A DNA stretch of 63,187 bases, filler included, from Salisapilia sapeloensis CBS 127946 (Eukaryota; Protista; Oomycota): NCBI GenBank assembly GCA_023334545.1. It is 17 parts of 17 records of this genome, joined end to end, with 100 filler letters (N's around TTAATTAATTAA, not from the genome) between each part and the next. Parts side by side here need not be neighbours in the genome. Positions count along the whole stretch, not along the records: positions 43,288 to 46,783 come from JAADVB010000748.1; positions 46,884 to 48,682 come from JAADVB010001039.1; positions 48,783 to 50,170 come from JAADVB010001169.1; positions 50,271 to 51,340 come from JAADVB010001324.1; positions 51,441 to 57,257 come from JAADVB010000588.1; 12 more parts are not named here. One strand, 5' to 3'. The translations under genes were made by a program, and so were the position numbers. Below, in pieces: positions 43,188 to 53,473 of the stretch. The notes beneath the pieces are model-generated. The model made no database searches. It was not told the DNA's origin and worked only from the letters and a program-made list of their open reading frames with translations. Positions within the stretch are counted from its first letter, which is position 1. Each line of letters opens with the position of its first letter.

Positions 43188-44465
43188 NNNNNNNNNNNNN
43201 NNNNNNNNNNNNNNNNNNNNNNNNNNNNNNNTTAATTAATTAANNNNNNNNNNNNNNNNNNNNNNNNNNNNNNNNNNNNNNNNNNNNAAGTTACATGAAT
43301 GTATCCCAAGCTGGGGTAACATTCCGGGTCTTGAAGTGGATTCTTGTATTAGAGCATGTGATGCTAATACAAAGGTACAAGGAACATGAATGGTCGTTAG
43401 ACCTTTCGATACTAAGAGTAAGATGAAGGAACTTGTATTCGGATTTAGTAGGCATATAGAAACTCAAAGTCTAGTAGTCTGATTAAAACTAAATACAATC
43501 AGTTTTCATTTTGCTTTCTAAAGCACAAGTGTCTTACACACCTTCCGTACTTTTAGTACCAGAGTTTCATACTCCGCGTTTTACGCTTCCCTTACGTTTA
43601 AAGGGCTATCGTTGTGACTCCTGTCACATAAAGGGCTATTGTTGTGCCTTCCGTCACAAAAGACACTCAGTAGACTTTGTCGGCGAGACATCTGAGGCAC
43701 GAGAAGCATCCCTGAGCCAGATTAAGCGCCCAGACCACAGCCGCTACGCCGTATTCTTGGAGTATTACAAGCGAAGAGACCAGGTTATCCGCAGAGTGAC
43801 CGATAGCCACTAAAAAGACGCTGCCTGGTGCGCGTATACCAACAAAACCCTCGGTGCAGCCCGGGTTCCCTCAGTCCCCGATTCCCTGACCTAGGCGTTT
43901 GCGGAACCTAGGTTTGCATCCTCGGTCGTGATTCGCCAGTCACGCCTTCATCAAGCCCCGTACTTTGGGCGGGATTCAAAGAATCATTGGATCCTCTCAC
44001 CTGGGTACCTACACACGCCAGGTGGAGAAAGACGGGAACATCACATGATAGATAGTAGGCCCCAATGGCTGTCGGGTGGCAGGGAATAGTTATCGCAATG
44101 CAGTTGCAGATGTAGGTTTGGAAATAGAATAAATTAAAGACAAATTTGCGGCTAGTTTCAGAAGTGCCAAAATGTGGATATACGTAGTCTTCAAAGACAT
44201 ATCTTGGACCCCAACTCACGCATAGGCGGGATGTCATGGGATTCTTTTTACCCATGAGTCTTTGTTTACACGTCCTCGAGAAACGATTTTGAAACTAGAA
44301 GTGAAATGTATTGATACTTTAGATTCTATCCTACCTGTACATCCTTATCCTAAATGTGCCTCCCATATGTTATGGAAGAATAGGTAGGTCACCTAATCAA
44401 TAACCAGCTAAGAATCAAAAGTAAGTAACGTAAGCCTAAAGTAACGGTACGGGTGCCCGTTGCAC

Positions 44466-45209
44466 ATGTTCTGATCCAATGCAAGTGACGACGTGGCACT
44501 TCTCACCGAGGTTGTGACGCTGTTTTCCCAGGGAGAGTCGTATGTAAAATGAGGGGCTTCGTGAGACAAAGTTGCTCATGGCTTTGGGGAGTTCATGTCA
44601 CGAATTGGTAGCATGCGAGTAACCGACTGAAGCTGCCATTCAAAGGGATGCAATCTGCTGGTGCTGATGTAGCGGAAAGATGAGCTAATATATTTGCGCA
44701 AGAACGGATGCTGAGAGAATTACAAAGAAAAGGAGCAGTTCCTCACGGAGCTTGTGGAGATGCTCGACAGCCTCGACGAGATAAGGAGTAAGAAGAAGTC
44801 CAAGCAAGAGAAGCTTGAGAGTGATAATGAGATGATCCGATCTGCAGCTCTTCAGACGATGACCGAGCAACGAGAAGATGAACAACGACAGAGGAATATG
44901 ACTTCTGCGCTTGTGTCGTCTAAAAGTGAAATCTTTGACATGATTGCAAAACAAGTAGAGCTGGGCAAAAAAGCCTGGGGTGCGAAAAAGGTGGCAGAGA
45001 ATACGCTACGCTCTTTGGAGCTCATGGACAAAAATCAACGACGCCAGTTTGAGCCAATTAAGCGACTCATAGGAGGGAGCAACGAAAATCAAATAAACGT
45101 AATACGTGACAGTCAGTACAAAGAAGTCTTTCTTATTACTCCTAACATGTCTTGCGCTATCTATCGATTTCTGGCAGTGTTAGGGTGCTATACTCTAGAA
45201 ATCAGCTAG
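44466..45209 (+). pseudogene. PIF/Harbinger ORF2 (Myb/SANT-like DNA-binding partner), decayed
   Basis: DDVALLTEV...VAHGF and ENYKEKEQFLTELVEMLD followed by a coiled coil, with several stops. Convergent with the transposase, as expected for Harbinger. Confidence 0.55.
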
Positions 45210-46163
45210 ACTAAGAGGTTGAAAGTTAAAACAACGAACTGTATACGTTCCCGTTGAAACAAGTCAACAGGTTTTGCAAAGCAGTAGCCACAGCATAGTA
45301 CTTAGCAACCGGCTGCAATAGGACCTTCAAGTTCTTCTTGAAATCGATGAACGCTCAGTTCGTGGTAATAGTGCCAAAACATCACTCGACTAGGAGTCGG
45401 ACGCGACTCATTTTTCTTATAAACGCTGCTTTATCCATCGTAATACTGTTTCTTTTATGTGGACAGGTAATCATGTCACGCATCCCATAAGCTAAATCGC
45501 CATACACAACAAATCGTTGGCCTAAAAACACAATGCTAGTGCCCAGCATCTCGGAAGGCCACTTTCACGCAACATGCGAGCGTCGTATCGTCTTTTTGTT
45601 CACGGACTCGCGAGATGTACAATGGTACCATCTGGAGTGTTCACGGACTGAAACTTGACTGCATGTGTGTGCTTGTGTCCGTTGTAGGTAGATCGATGAT
45701 TTTCTGATGGACGTGGCATGGCTCTAACATTACCATCAATAAAGCCAATGCAGTCGTTTATTGGACTGCCCTTCGCCTTAATACACTATCTAAAACGAGA
45801 AAGAGGACTTTCGTCAAGTCGGTGAGCATTCCACTCTAGTATAGACTTGTAATTGCCGTAAAGGAATGATATCATGGCGTTAAACACGGGCGATATTGTC
45901 CTCGACTTCAGCCCAAAGGACGTTTCCGGATCAAATAAGCGCGACGGGTATGCCAGTCGCTTCAAAACGAATTCAAGTGGCAAGCAATGCGTCGCCACAT
46001 CATCTATTTTTAAGCTGCAGAAGAGACGGAATCTTAAGCAAGTCCACCAGAGTACAAGTCTGTGATGCAGTAAATCGGAAGTGTTTTTGCATAGAACATC
46101 ATTCGCTTCAAAAGGTCGAAACTCGAATGGAGTCAGCCGCTTCTCGTTTCCTGCGCTATTCAC
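45210..46163 (-). mobile_element. PIF/Harbinger (DDE_Tnp_4) transposase pseudogene
   Basis: Across stops and frameshifts: LKRLAYPSR, NDCIGFIDG, YNGHKHTHAVKFQSVNTPDG, MSRVRLLVE*CFG, FIDFKKNLKVLLQPVAKYYAVA. Confidence 0.85.
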
Positions 46164-46883
46164 AACCTGTTATCTCAGTCGTCCACTTGCTACCATCGTT
46201 TTGCTGCGTTATTGTGTGAAAAAGATAGTTTCAAAAACTTTTTGTAGCGCAAAACGCTTAGATTTGAAATATATCACAAATCTTATGAGGTCTTTCATTG
46301 GAAAAAAACCTTGTGGCTCAAACTCTATTGTTTAGTATTTACTTGATAAGTAAGCATTGGAGTCCGCACCCACCTTCTCTCACAATAATTTACTATGTTC
46401 GATAGACTCTGATATGGATATGAATGCCGGAATGCTGCTTGAGAGGGATAATTGATCAGGATAGCCAATAGGTGTGGTTTCTGAGCAGCATACAAAGGTG
46501 GCCAAAAACTAAAAACCTTTTCGATTGATAATGTCATCTCCCGAGTAATTTTATCCCATAAATTACAAAGTCCGAAAACCCCTAATACTGCATCGACAAA
46601 ACTAACTAAAGGATGCATGACAGTCCGCCATGATCGCCAATCCAAGTTGCATGCCCTCGCCTCTCTATTGACTGGGGATATGCCTTTGAGCAGGTATGAG
46701 AGCTTTCAATGTACTGGGAATGCACGTCGTCTTATCGATTTAATGTAGCCACTGCTGTCGCCATATGAAGCGGAAGTGTGCCTNNNNNNNNNNNNNNNNN
46801 NNNNNNNNNNNNNNNNNNNNNNNNNNNTTAATTAATTAANNNNNNNNNNNNNNNNNNNNNNNNNNNNNNNNNNNNNNNNNNNN

Positions 46884-47217
46884 CTTGGACGCGTCCACGA
46901 CACTCGCCAAGATGCAGCTGCAAGTTTCTTCCGAGCTACAGAACCCAGTGATGGAGGCAAAGTGCCGAGTGAACCTAGCCTACAACGCGATGCAGAGCGG
47001 TCGGTTCAAGCGAGCTCACCGCATCCTCCAGAGCGAGCGAGCCAACCTAGCGAATCCTGTCCTCAACACAGGAAGAGAAGAGGTCGAAGGCGTCGTCCGC
47101 GCCGCCGAAGTCTACCTAACCAACCTTCAGCGACTCAACCGAGAAAACCTGCAGGACAGTCGTACTGGAAGTAGACACCTAGTGGACAACTTTTACAGGC
47201 AAAGAATTGTACGTTAA
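46884..47217 (+). CDS. 3' fragment of a helical-repeat protein, possibly DUF4807-like
   Basis: LAKMQLQVSSELQNPVMEAKCRVNLAYNAMQSGRFKRA...DNFYRQRIV; 5' truncated. Family recognised from memory only. Confidence 0.5.
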
Positions 47218-47240
47218 ATTTCTTCGTCATACAATTACTT

Positions 47241-48014
47241 TTATTCTTCCTCCATTAGCCACCCAAAGTCACCTATAAAGTCAGCCGCATCCTCGTCCTC
47301 TGTAGTGGGTGCCTTTATCGTATCTTGTGCAATTTCTAGTAACGTAGTTTTGCCCTGTATAAGCAGTCTAATATTGGCAGTAAGCGAGTTCGTCGCACAG
47401 CGCAGCCTTTCGTCCTCATCAATGACTACTCCGTGTTGTTCATATTTGCGTAGCAGGTAATCCACAATAACAGCGTGTCCACACAAGCAAGCGTAGTATA
47501 ATGGAGTGTTATTTTGTTCGTCTGCGATGCCGTAGGCATGAGGGATCGACTGGCAAATGTTATCCACAGTGATGAGGTCCCCTACCTTGGATGCTTGCCA
47601 TATCGTACGTCCTGAGTTGCTGTCACCACACCTCTCATCCGCCAACGTGTCGGTGCTCTCGTACTTTTGGTTGAGGAGCGGACGGGGCAGTAAAAATTGA
47701 ACCAACGCATCAAAGGAATAATACTTATCATTCTCGCTATAAAGGTGCGTTTGTGAGCATCCTACGTATCGGATCGCTTGCTCAAACTCTTTGACGTCGC
47801 ACTGCACTTTAAAATGGTGCATAACCTCCCGATGGAAGAGATCCAATGGCAACGCTTTCGAATTTGTTTCATTGGGACTACGTGAAGCTTGAGCGACAAG
47901 GAGATGCAGGAGGTGGTGGCTGGTAACCCGGGAAGGACTTTGCAAGTAGTGCTGTATGAGATACTTTCGTCGGTGCTTTTCTACAGAAACATGGATTGAG
48001 CTCGCGGAACCCAT
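47241..48014 (-). CDS. Ankyrin-repeat protein with a predicted N-myristoylation site
   Basis: MGSASS start; IWQASKVGDL...TPLYYACLCGHAVIVDYLL ankyrin pair; 257 aa. Confidence 0.7.
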   Translation of the reverse strand: MGSASSIHVSVEKHRRKYLIQHYLQSPSRVTSHHLLHLLVAQASRSPNETNSKALPLDLFHREVMHHFKVQCDVKEFEQAIRYVGCSQTHLYSENDKYYSFDALVQFLLPRPLLNQKYESTDTLADERCGDSNSGRTIWQASKVGDLITVDNICQSIPHAYGIADEQNNTPLYYACLCGHAVIVDYLLRKYEQHGVVIDEDERLRCATNSLTANIRLLIQGKTTLLEIAQDTIKAPTTEDEDAADFIGDFGWLMEEE

Positions 48015-48503
48015 GCTTGGATCAGAACTTCTGATGGGAATTCAGTTTATGCTTCTTTTTATTCAAAAGATCGTCGAATAAGACACCGAAGCATGCATGT
48101 TGGCACGTACATAAAGTAGGTGGAAATGATATGAAATAGTCCTGCCCTACTCAACGTACAGTAGTAGATACGATTGTCGGAGAAGAGGATTCAAATTGAT
48201 CTACCTTTACTTAGCACACCGACAGTCGAGCAACTTGTGTAAAGCACAAAATAGCAAATTCATGGCTAATTTGTTCGACTACTGCAATGTCGATAGGAAA
48301 TTTTTTTTGCCTTGAGCTATGTGAGATGTTTTCCATAATTCTAAAGCTCTTTCCTACGGCCCCGACATAATGTCCAGAAAAACAGTAATCATAAAACTAC
48401 TCCGAAATTCATTGAATACGATCTCATCTTCGTGGAGTCTACCGAATTGGTCATTTCTCATCGCTGGTAGAAGCCAAACTTTTCGGGCGGACTAGCAAAA
48501 TTT

Positions 48504-48682
48504 TTACGCGATCAGTGCTTGATATTCCTCAGTACTGGTGCGTCCAGACATGAGCATCTTGACGAGCAGTACGCATGCAGCTGCGACGGCGACGAATCCC
48601 AGTGCGTAGGAGTATACGGCGACAGAGAAGCCGCTATCGTCTTCGTGCTTGACCTGGCTGCTCATAGAGGGCACGCGCCACA
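48504..48682 (-). CDS. 3' fragment of a type I membrane protein (TM + YxxL tail)
   Basis: Open frame WRVPS...YSYALGFVAVAAACVLLVKMLM...EEYQALIA-TAA; below the ORF-track size cut-off. Confidence 0.55.
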
Positions 48683-48782
48683 NNNNNNNNNNNNNNNNNN
48701 NNNNNNNNNNNNNNNNNNNNNNNNNNTTAATTAATTAANNNNNNNNNNNNNNNNNNNNNNNNNNNNNNNNNNNNNNNNNNNN

Positions 48783-48923
48783 ATTCGTTCAGTTCAAAGC
48801 TCTTTGTGTTCGTTGTGCGTAGCGTCATTCGTTTCTAAGCGAGTAGCGCATCGCCGATTCCGTGAGGGTTTCGAGGATGGGTGGAAACTTGGGCGAGACG
48901 CTTTTGGAGGCAGGAGGGTGATG
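48783..48923. repeat. 141-bp terminal inverted repeat, left arm (partner 50030-50170)
   Basis: Exact reverse complement of 50030-50170; first mismatch at base 142. Confidence 0.95.
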
Positions 48924-50029
48924 AAGTTGACGGTTAAGGGACGTTGGCTGGTGCTGGTGCATGTAGTGGTGGACATCTTTTGCCACTTTGAATTCATCCG
49001 CGCTAGAATTATCGTTCGATGCTAGATCACATCATTCTACTGGAGATAGGACAGTAGTTATATCTTGTGAACGATGGCCTTCTATGTGAGCTCCGAGGCC
49101 GTTGTATGGTTATGAGAAAGTAGAAAAGCGGGGTAGTGAATAAGTGTGCACACAAGTAGCGTATGCTGGGATCGACATTCGAATCATACGTAGATCAGCA
49201 TAAAAAATTCAGTATGAATACTACTTGCACCTTGCTAATGATCTTAAGTTGCCAAATGCATTGACTTCATGAAGCTTTGCAGCAGACTATTCTCGTTCTT
49301 TAACTCTATTAGTTTATCCTTCAACTCAGCAATACCTAGTCGGAGAGGGGATTGCTTTTAAGTGCAAGCCTGATAAGATCGGCCTATACGAAGTGAGCGT
49401 TCTATCTTTCGTACAAGTTACCACTTAGCTGCGGATGGATTTCAAGCCATAAAGGATCGATTTGCGAGTTAGCTATAGACAGAGATGCATTGCTAGTGCA
49501 TTTTGTATTTCGACTTAGTTCCGACTAAACGGATGGAAGTGAGCACCACCATGCTCTGTTCGCTCAGTACGCTGTAAGAAATTTCACTTAAAGTCTTGTC
49601 TCGCTCTAATATCTAATCGATCCCTACAATGGAGCATGGATGACGACAGAAGTAGAAATAAAATATAACGAGTTCATCTGGATATACAAGAAATAATGTG
49701 TCGATCTTGTATCTGCCAGATAGTCTCTATCCCCGAGTTCAATCCGCCTCTTTCAAAAGCAAAGAAATACCAGAGGCCGTAGCGTGGTTATACGAGTCAT
49801 AGCATTTAACGCACCATGCGGTTTCGACGTCATCAAGCTCGGCTAGTGAGCCTCTACCATCAGCATCAACGTATATGTGAAGTTATCTTTTAACTTTATG
49901 CGATCAATCTTGTTATGCCATTCCAATCCATACGTACTGCACTCACTAGTAGATCCCAATACTCGTCGCTACACTAATACGACTCGTACTCAACCACACC
50001 GCTTGTATCATTATTTCCACTGTCAACTC

Positions 50030-50170
50030 CATCACCCTCCTGCCTCCAAAAGCGTCTCGCCCAAGTTTCCACCCATCCTCGAAACCCTCACGGAATCGGC
50101 GATGCGCTACTCGCTTAGAAACGAATGACGCTACGCACAACGAACACAAAGAGCTTTGAACTGAACGAAT
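50030..50170. repeat. 141-bp terminal inverted repeat, right arm (partner 48783-48923)
   Basis: Exact reverse complement of 48783-48923. Confidence 0.95.
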
Positions 50171-50270
50171 NNNNNNNNNNNNNNNNNNNNNNNNNNNNNN
50201 NNNNNNNNNNNNNNTTAATTAATTAANNNNNNNNNNNNNNNNNNNNNNNNNNNNNNNNNNNNNNNNNNNN

Positions 50271-50446
50271 AGGACAAGATAGGACATAGTCTAGCTTCCT
50301 AACATTTTCAATTCAGTTGCAATTTTGCTTTCTACTACTCAAGTGCCTTCCTCCTCTCCACCGAGCTTCGGATACCTTTTAGGATCCGTCTGAATACCTC
50401 TATCTTACCTTCCCCTGGAGATAGAGAAGAACCGTGTCCCGTTACA
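50271..50446 (+). mobile_element. 3' part of an LTR of the same Ty3/gypsy family as 41239-41437
   Basis: 176 nt align to the reverse complement of 41239-41414 with 7 substitutions; ends GTTACA. Confidence 0.92.
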
Positions 50447-51204
50447 CCGACTGGTGTCTTCGTAAACGTATTGTCGACACTCAGTCCCCGAACAGCATAA
50501 GGTTTAAAGGCAATAAGACCTTGTTGAAAAATTATGCTTAAGCGACCAAACTGACTGGTTTTGGTCTCGAGTTTAGTCCTATGACGATGGTTTTTAAGCA
50601 ATCTCAAATACGCTGGTAAAGACGAAAATCGAAGTTCCTTATCTTTGATAAATAATCTCCTAAGTCTGTCAATTGCTCTGAAACAGTCTTTAAATTTAAC
50701 TACGACCCCAGTTTTCTCAACATGCTCTTTCAACTCCCCAGGTGTCAGAATCCCATTTCTGTCGTTGAAATAACGACGAACAATATCAATTTGAGCAAGT
50801 TGCTTGGCGGTCCACTTTCTGTTCAAAGAACGCTCAGAGCTTTCCAATGTAAAGTCAGTAAGACAAGAATATGGTATGAATTTTGTTGGTGGCTTGAAGT
50901 TGCTAGAAAAAGCAAATTGTACAATAAACGCACAACCTTCATGCGTGCACACCGCCTTATATGCACGCTTGTTGCTTTAACCACTCTGAATAACCTTTTA
51001 ACACTGTCATTGTATTCAATGACGGCCTGCATAATGTTTTCTTTCTTTGTATACGTTGTCGTGTCTAAAAACGACATGCTGATAGAGGCGCGAAATAAAC
51101 TTGAATTTGGGCACTTTTAAGCTTAAAGATGCAAATATGCTTGTAAGGATGGGGTACGCTATCTCTGATTGTTTTAATTTAAGAGTTTTCTGATATGCAA
51201 TCAC
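50447..51204 (-). mobile_element. MULE transposase remnant interrupted by the LTR
   Basis: IIFQQGLIAFKPYAVRGLSVDNTFTKTPVG matches VVYQEGLVAFEPYAVRGLSIDGKFMKTAIG of the 32070-33232 MULE. The N-terminal part is frameshifted. Confidence 0.8.
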
Positions 51205-51440
51205 ATTGACGAATTAATGGAAACGATTTGGAAACGGATAAAAACGGACAATGGGCATAAGCAGTTACGTACAATTGACAGGGAAATACCCATGGCACAG
51301 TCAAGAAGATTACGTCACATATCAGTGCATTCCTATGAGANNNNNNNNNNNNNNNNNNNNNNNNNNNNNNNNNNNNNNNNNNNNTTAATTAATTAANNNN
51401 NNNNNNNNNNNNNNNNNNNNNNNNNNNNNNNNNNNNNNNN

Positions 51441-51514
51441 CGGTAGCACGAATTCGCACGACCACGATAGCCCTTGGCCATCGACAGGATCTTCTTGTGC
51501 TTGCTCCAGCCCAT
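51441..51514 (-). CDS. MRPL20: Mitochondrial ribosomal protein bL20m, first 24 codons (copy 1)
   Basis: MGWSKHKKILSMAKGYRGRANSCYR matches the bL20 N-terminus (HKKILKxAKGYxG); runs into the contig end. Confidence 0.75.
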
Positions 51515-51581
51515 GCTTCCGCCTCGCTATTCGACTTGTGCGTGTGCAGTCCAGCGGATAGAGAGCATACTGAGTCCAAGT
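51441..51581. repeat. 141-bp terminal inverted repeat, left arm (partner 57117-57257)
   Basis: Exact reverse complement of 57117-57257; diverges at base 142. Confidence 0.95.
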
Positions 51582-51606
51582 CAAGTAGAAAGCAATAGCA
51601 GCCAAT

Positions 51607-52649
51607 ATGTTTGGTAGACGTCTAGCAGCCGCAGCGCCTGTGCGTGGCCTAGCTCGACGTAATGGAGCAATGTGGTACAGTAACAACTCGGATGCTGCGC
51701 GTCGATTTAGCACATCAACACGCAAGACGCCTTCCTTTCTCTTTGACGCAAAAGTAGCTGGCAAATCCAAGCGCGTATCGTTGGCCCAGAGCAATGACGG
51801 CGCTGATTGTCAGCCTGATACATGTGGTGAAGACTCGTACTTTGTGTCACCGACGATTGTGGGCGTTGCAGACGGTGTCGGTGGCTGGAACGACCAGGGT
51901 GTGAGCCCTGCGGCCATGTCTCGCAGTCTCATGCGAAATGCGAGCAATCTGGCGCAGTCGATGGAGCCGACGACGACGCTAGAAGTCCTTAAGTACGGCT
52001 ACAACCAGGCTCTAGATGACGACGAAGTGGAAGCTGGGAGCACTACTGCTTGCATCTTACGTCTGAAAGAGTCGGAGGATGGAAAGCCAGTACTTGAGTA
52101 CTCGAATCTCGGCGACTCTGGCTTTGTGCTCTTCCGTGATGATAAAGTTGTCTTCCGGAGTGAATTCCAGGCATACGGTCTAGCACCATACCAACTGGCA
52201 AAGATCCCAGACCGATACCGACGTCATGGCGCGATTGAGAACTCGCCAGACGATGTGCGTATGGAGTTAGGATGCATTTAGATAGTTATTAATCAGGTTC
52301 ATGTAGGCGGATACAGGGGAGATTGAAGTGCAAGAAGGAGATGTGATCGTCTTAGCAACCGACGGCGTCTTTGACAACTTTGCACCGGACCTAGGACCGT
52401 CTCCAGCCTTCTTCCCGGTAGCTATTATATTGCTTGATCATGTACGCAACTGTATCTGAATATTCCTGATAGCCGATGCGAGTGTGGCAGCGACATTGGC
52501 ACCAGGCTCTACGTGGCCTCTTGGATGTGATGAAGGCAAGTGATAACCCAGCGGCGAGTATCGTTCGCGCGAGCGTCGAGCATAACCTCAAACCGGATGA
52601 CATTACGGTTGTTGTAGCAAAGATTGTGGGTATGAAAGCCAAGCTTTAG
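51607..52649 (+). CDS. Mitochondrial PP2C-type phosphatase, PTC7/PPTC7 family
   Basis: Arg/Ala-rich transit peptide; CGEDSYFV, VGVADGVGGW, GSTTACI, NLGDSGF, PYQL, VIVLATDGVFDN, KPDDITVVV; two introns. Confidence 0.87.
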
Positions 52650-53400
52650 AGTTAAATACAATCCTTTTTGCATTCCATCTATCTGCCTTATGCGGTTCAC
52701 TGTACGTATAAAGTAGGTAGTGATTAGATGCTAGAGATGAGTACTCTCGAGATGGATGAGCGAGTGTCCAGGATGTAGCCATTAAATTCCATGCTTTGGA
52801 TCTTAAATGGCTCTTCGAGCTTGAACGGATGTAGGATCTTGGTCGTGAGAGTGTCCATTGACGATACGAAAGTTTGTGCAAGCATCCAATCGAGTCTGGA
52901 AACGACGCAGAACAAAGTTTCTCATGTAGCTTGGAGGTGACTGTAGTCATTTTGTGCTTTTTAAGAAAGAGGGAAAAAATTTCCTAGCACGAATGCGACG
53001 GTCGCTGGCTTCTGTGCTCACAGATGAACTCGTTCCAGAGGTACGTCCCGCCTATCCTATTGAAACTAAAACTTGCTTCCTTTTGTAGGCCTTCTACTGC
53101 ATCCTTTGTTGTGTAGCATGAACTCAGTCGTATCTCGGTACGCCGCAATTGTTATTTTGGGCATAGATGAATGCATGATATGAGATGCCAATTGAGGTAC
53201 AGATGCGCATACGACTTTGCTTTTGTACTGATATCTTGAGCCTTATGCAATACGGAAGTCTACAAGTAGTAATGCATGACAAATATATACTACGCTTTTA
53301 TTCCTTCACATTGTAAACGAAGTTATGCTGGGTAGCGATGCGAGTGCTTTGTAAATGACGTCGCACGCAAAAATATATCTTTTCTTTATAAACAAACAGT

Positions 53401-53473
53401 GTGCTGGTCACTTAACGGCAAGACGCCTCTCTTGCACATGAGAGAGATCGAGGTTCGATTCCTAGCCAGCACA
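53401..53473 (+). tRNA. tRNA-like sequence, probably a pseudogene/SINE head, with an 8-nt anticodon loop
   Basis: Acceptor GTGCTGG/CCAGCAC (7 bp); perfect B box GGTTCGATTCC; anticodon stem CTCTC/GAGAG closing TTGCACAT. Weak D stem, one T-stem mismatch, no poly-T terminator. Confidence 0.55.

Noticed and set aside
43830-44030. Cluster of small hairpins (ACCTAGG/CCTAGGT, CACCTGG/CCAGGTG) and a twister-like CGGTGCAGCCCG
   Set aside because: The required UAA cleavage loop and downstream GAGGG pseudoknot partner are missing; short stems are expected by chance.
46775-46783. Two contigs end in the same 9-mer AGTGTGCCT (also 60672-60680)
   Set aside because: Too short to define a shared element terminus; nothing else is shared. 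Worth revisiting only with the assembly graph.
48669-48680. GTGGCGCGTGCC on the minus strand matching the SRP RNA/Alu 5' motif
   Set aside because: Only 12 nt, and it falls inside a plausible coding frame (WRVP).
52724-52915. Possible small spliced gene on the minus strand (LAQTFVSSMDTLTTKILHPF...MEFNGY)
   Set aside because: Looks protein-like, but I could not build a consistent upstream exon or name a family.
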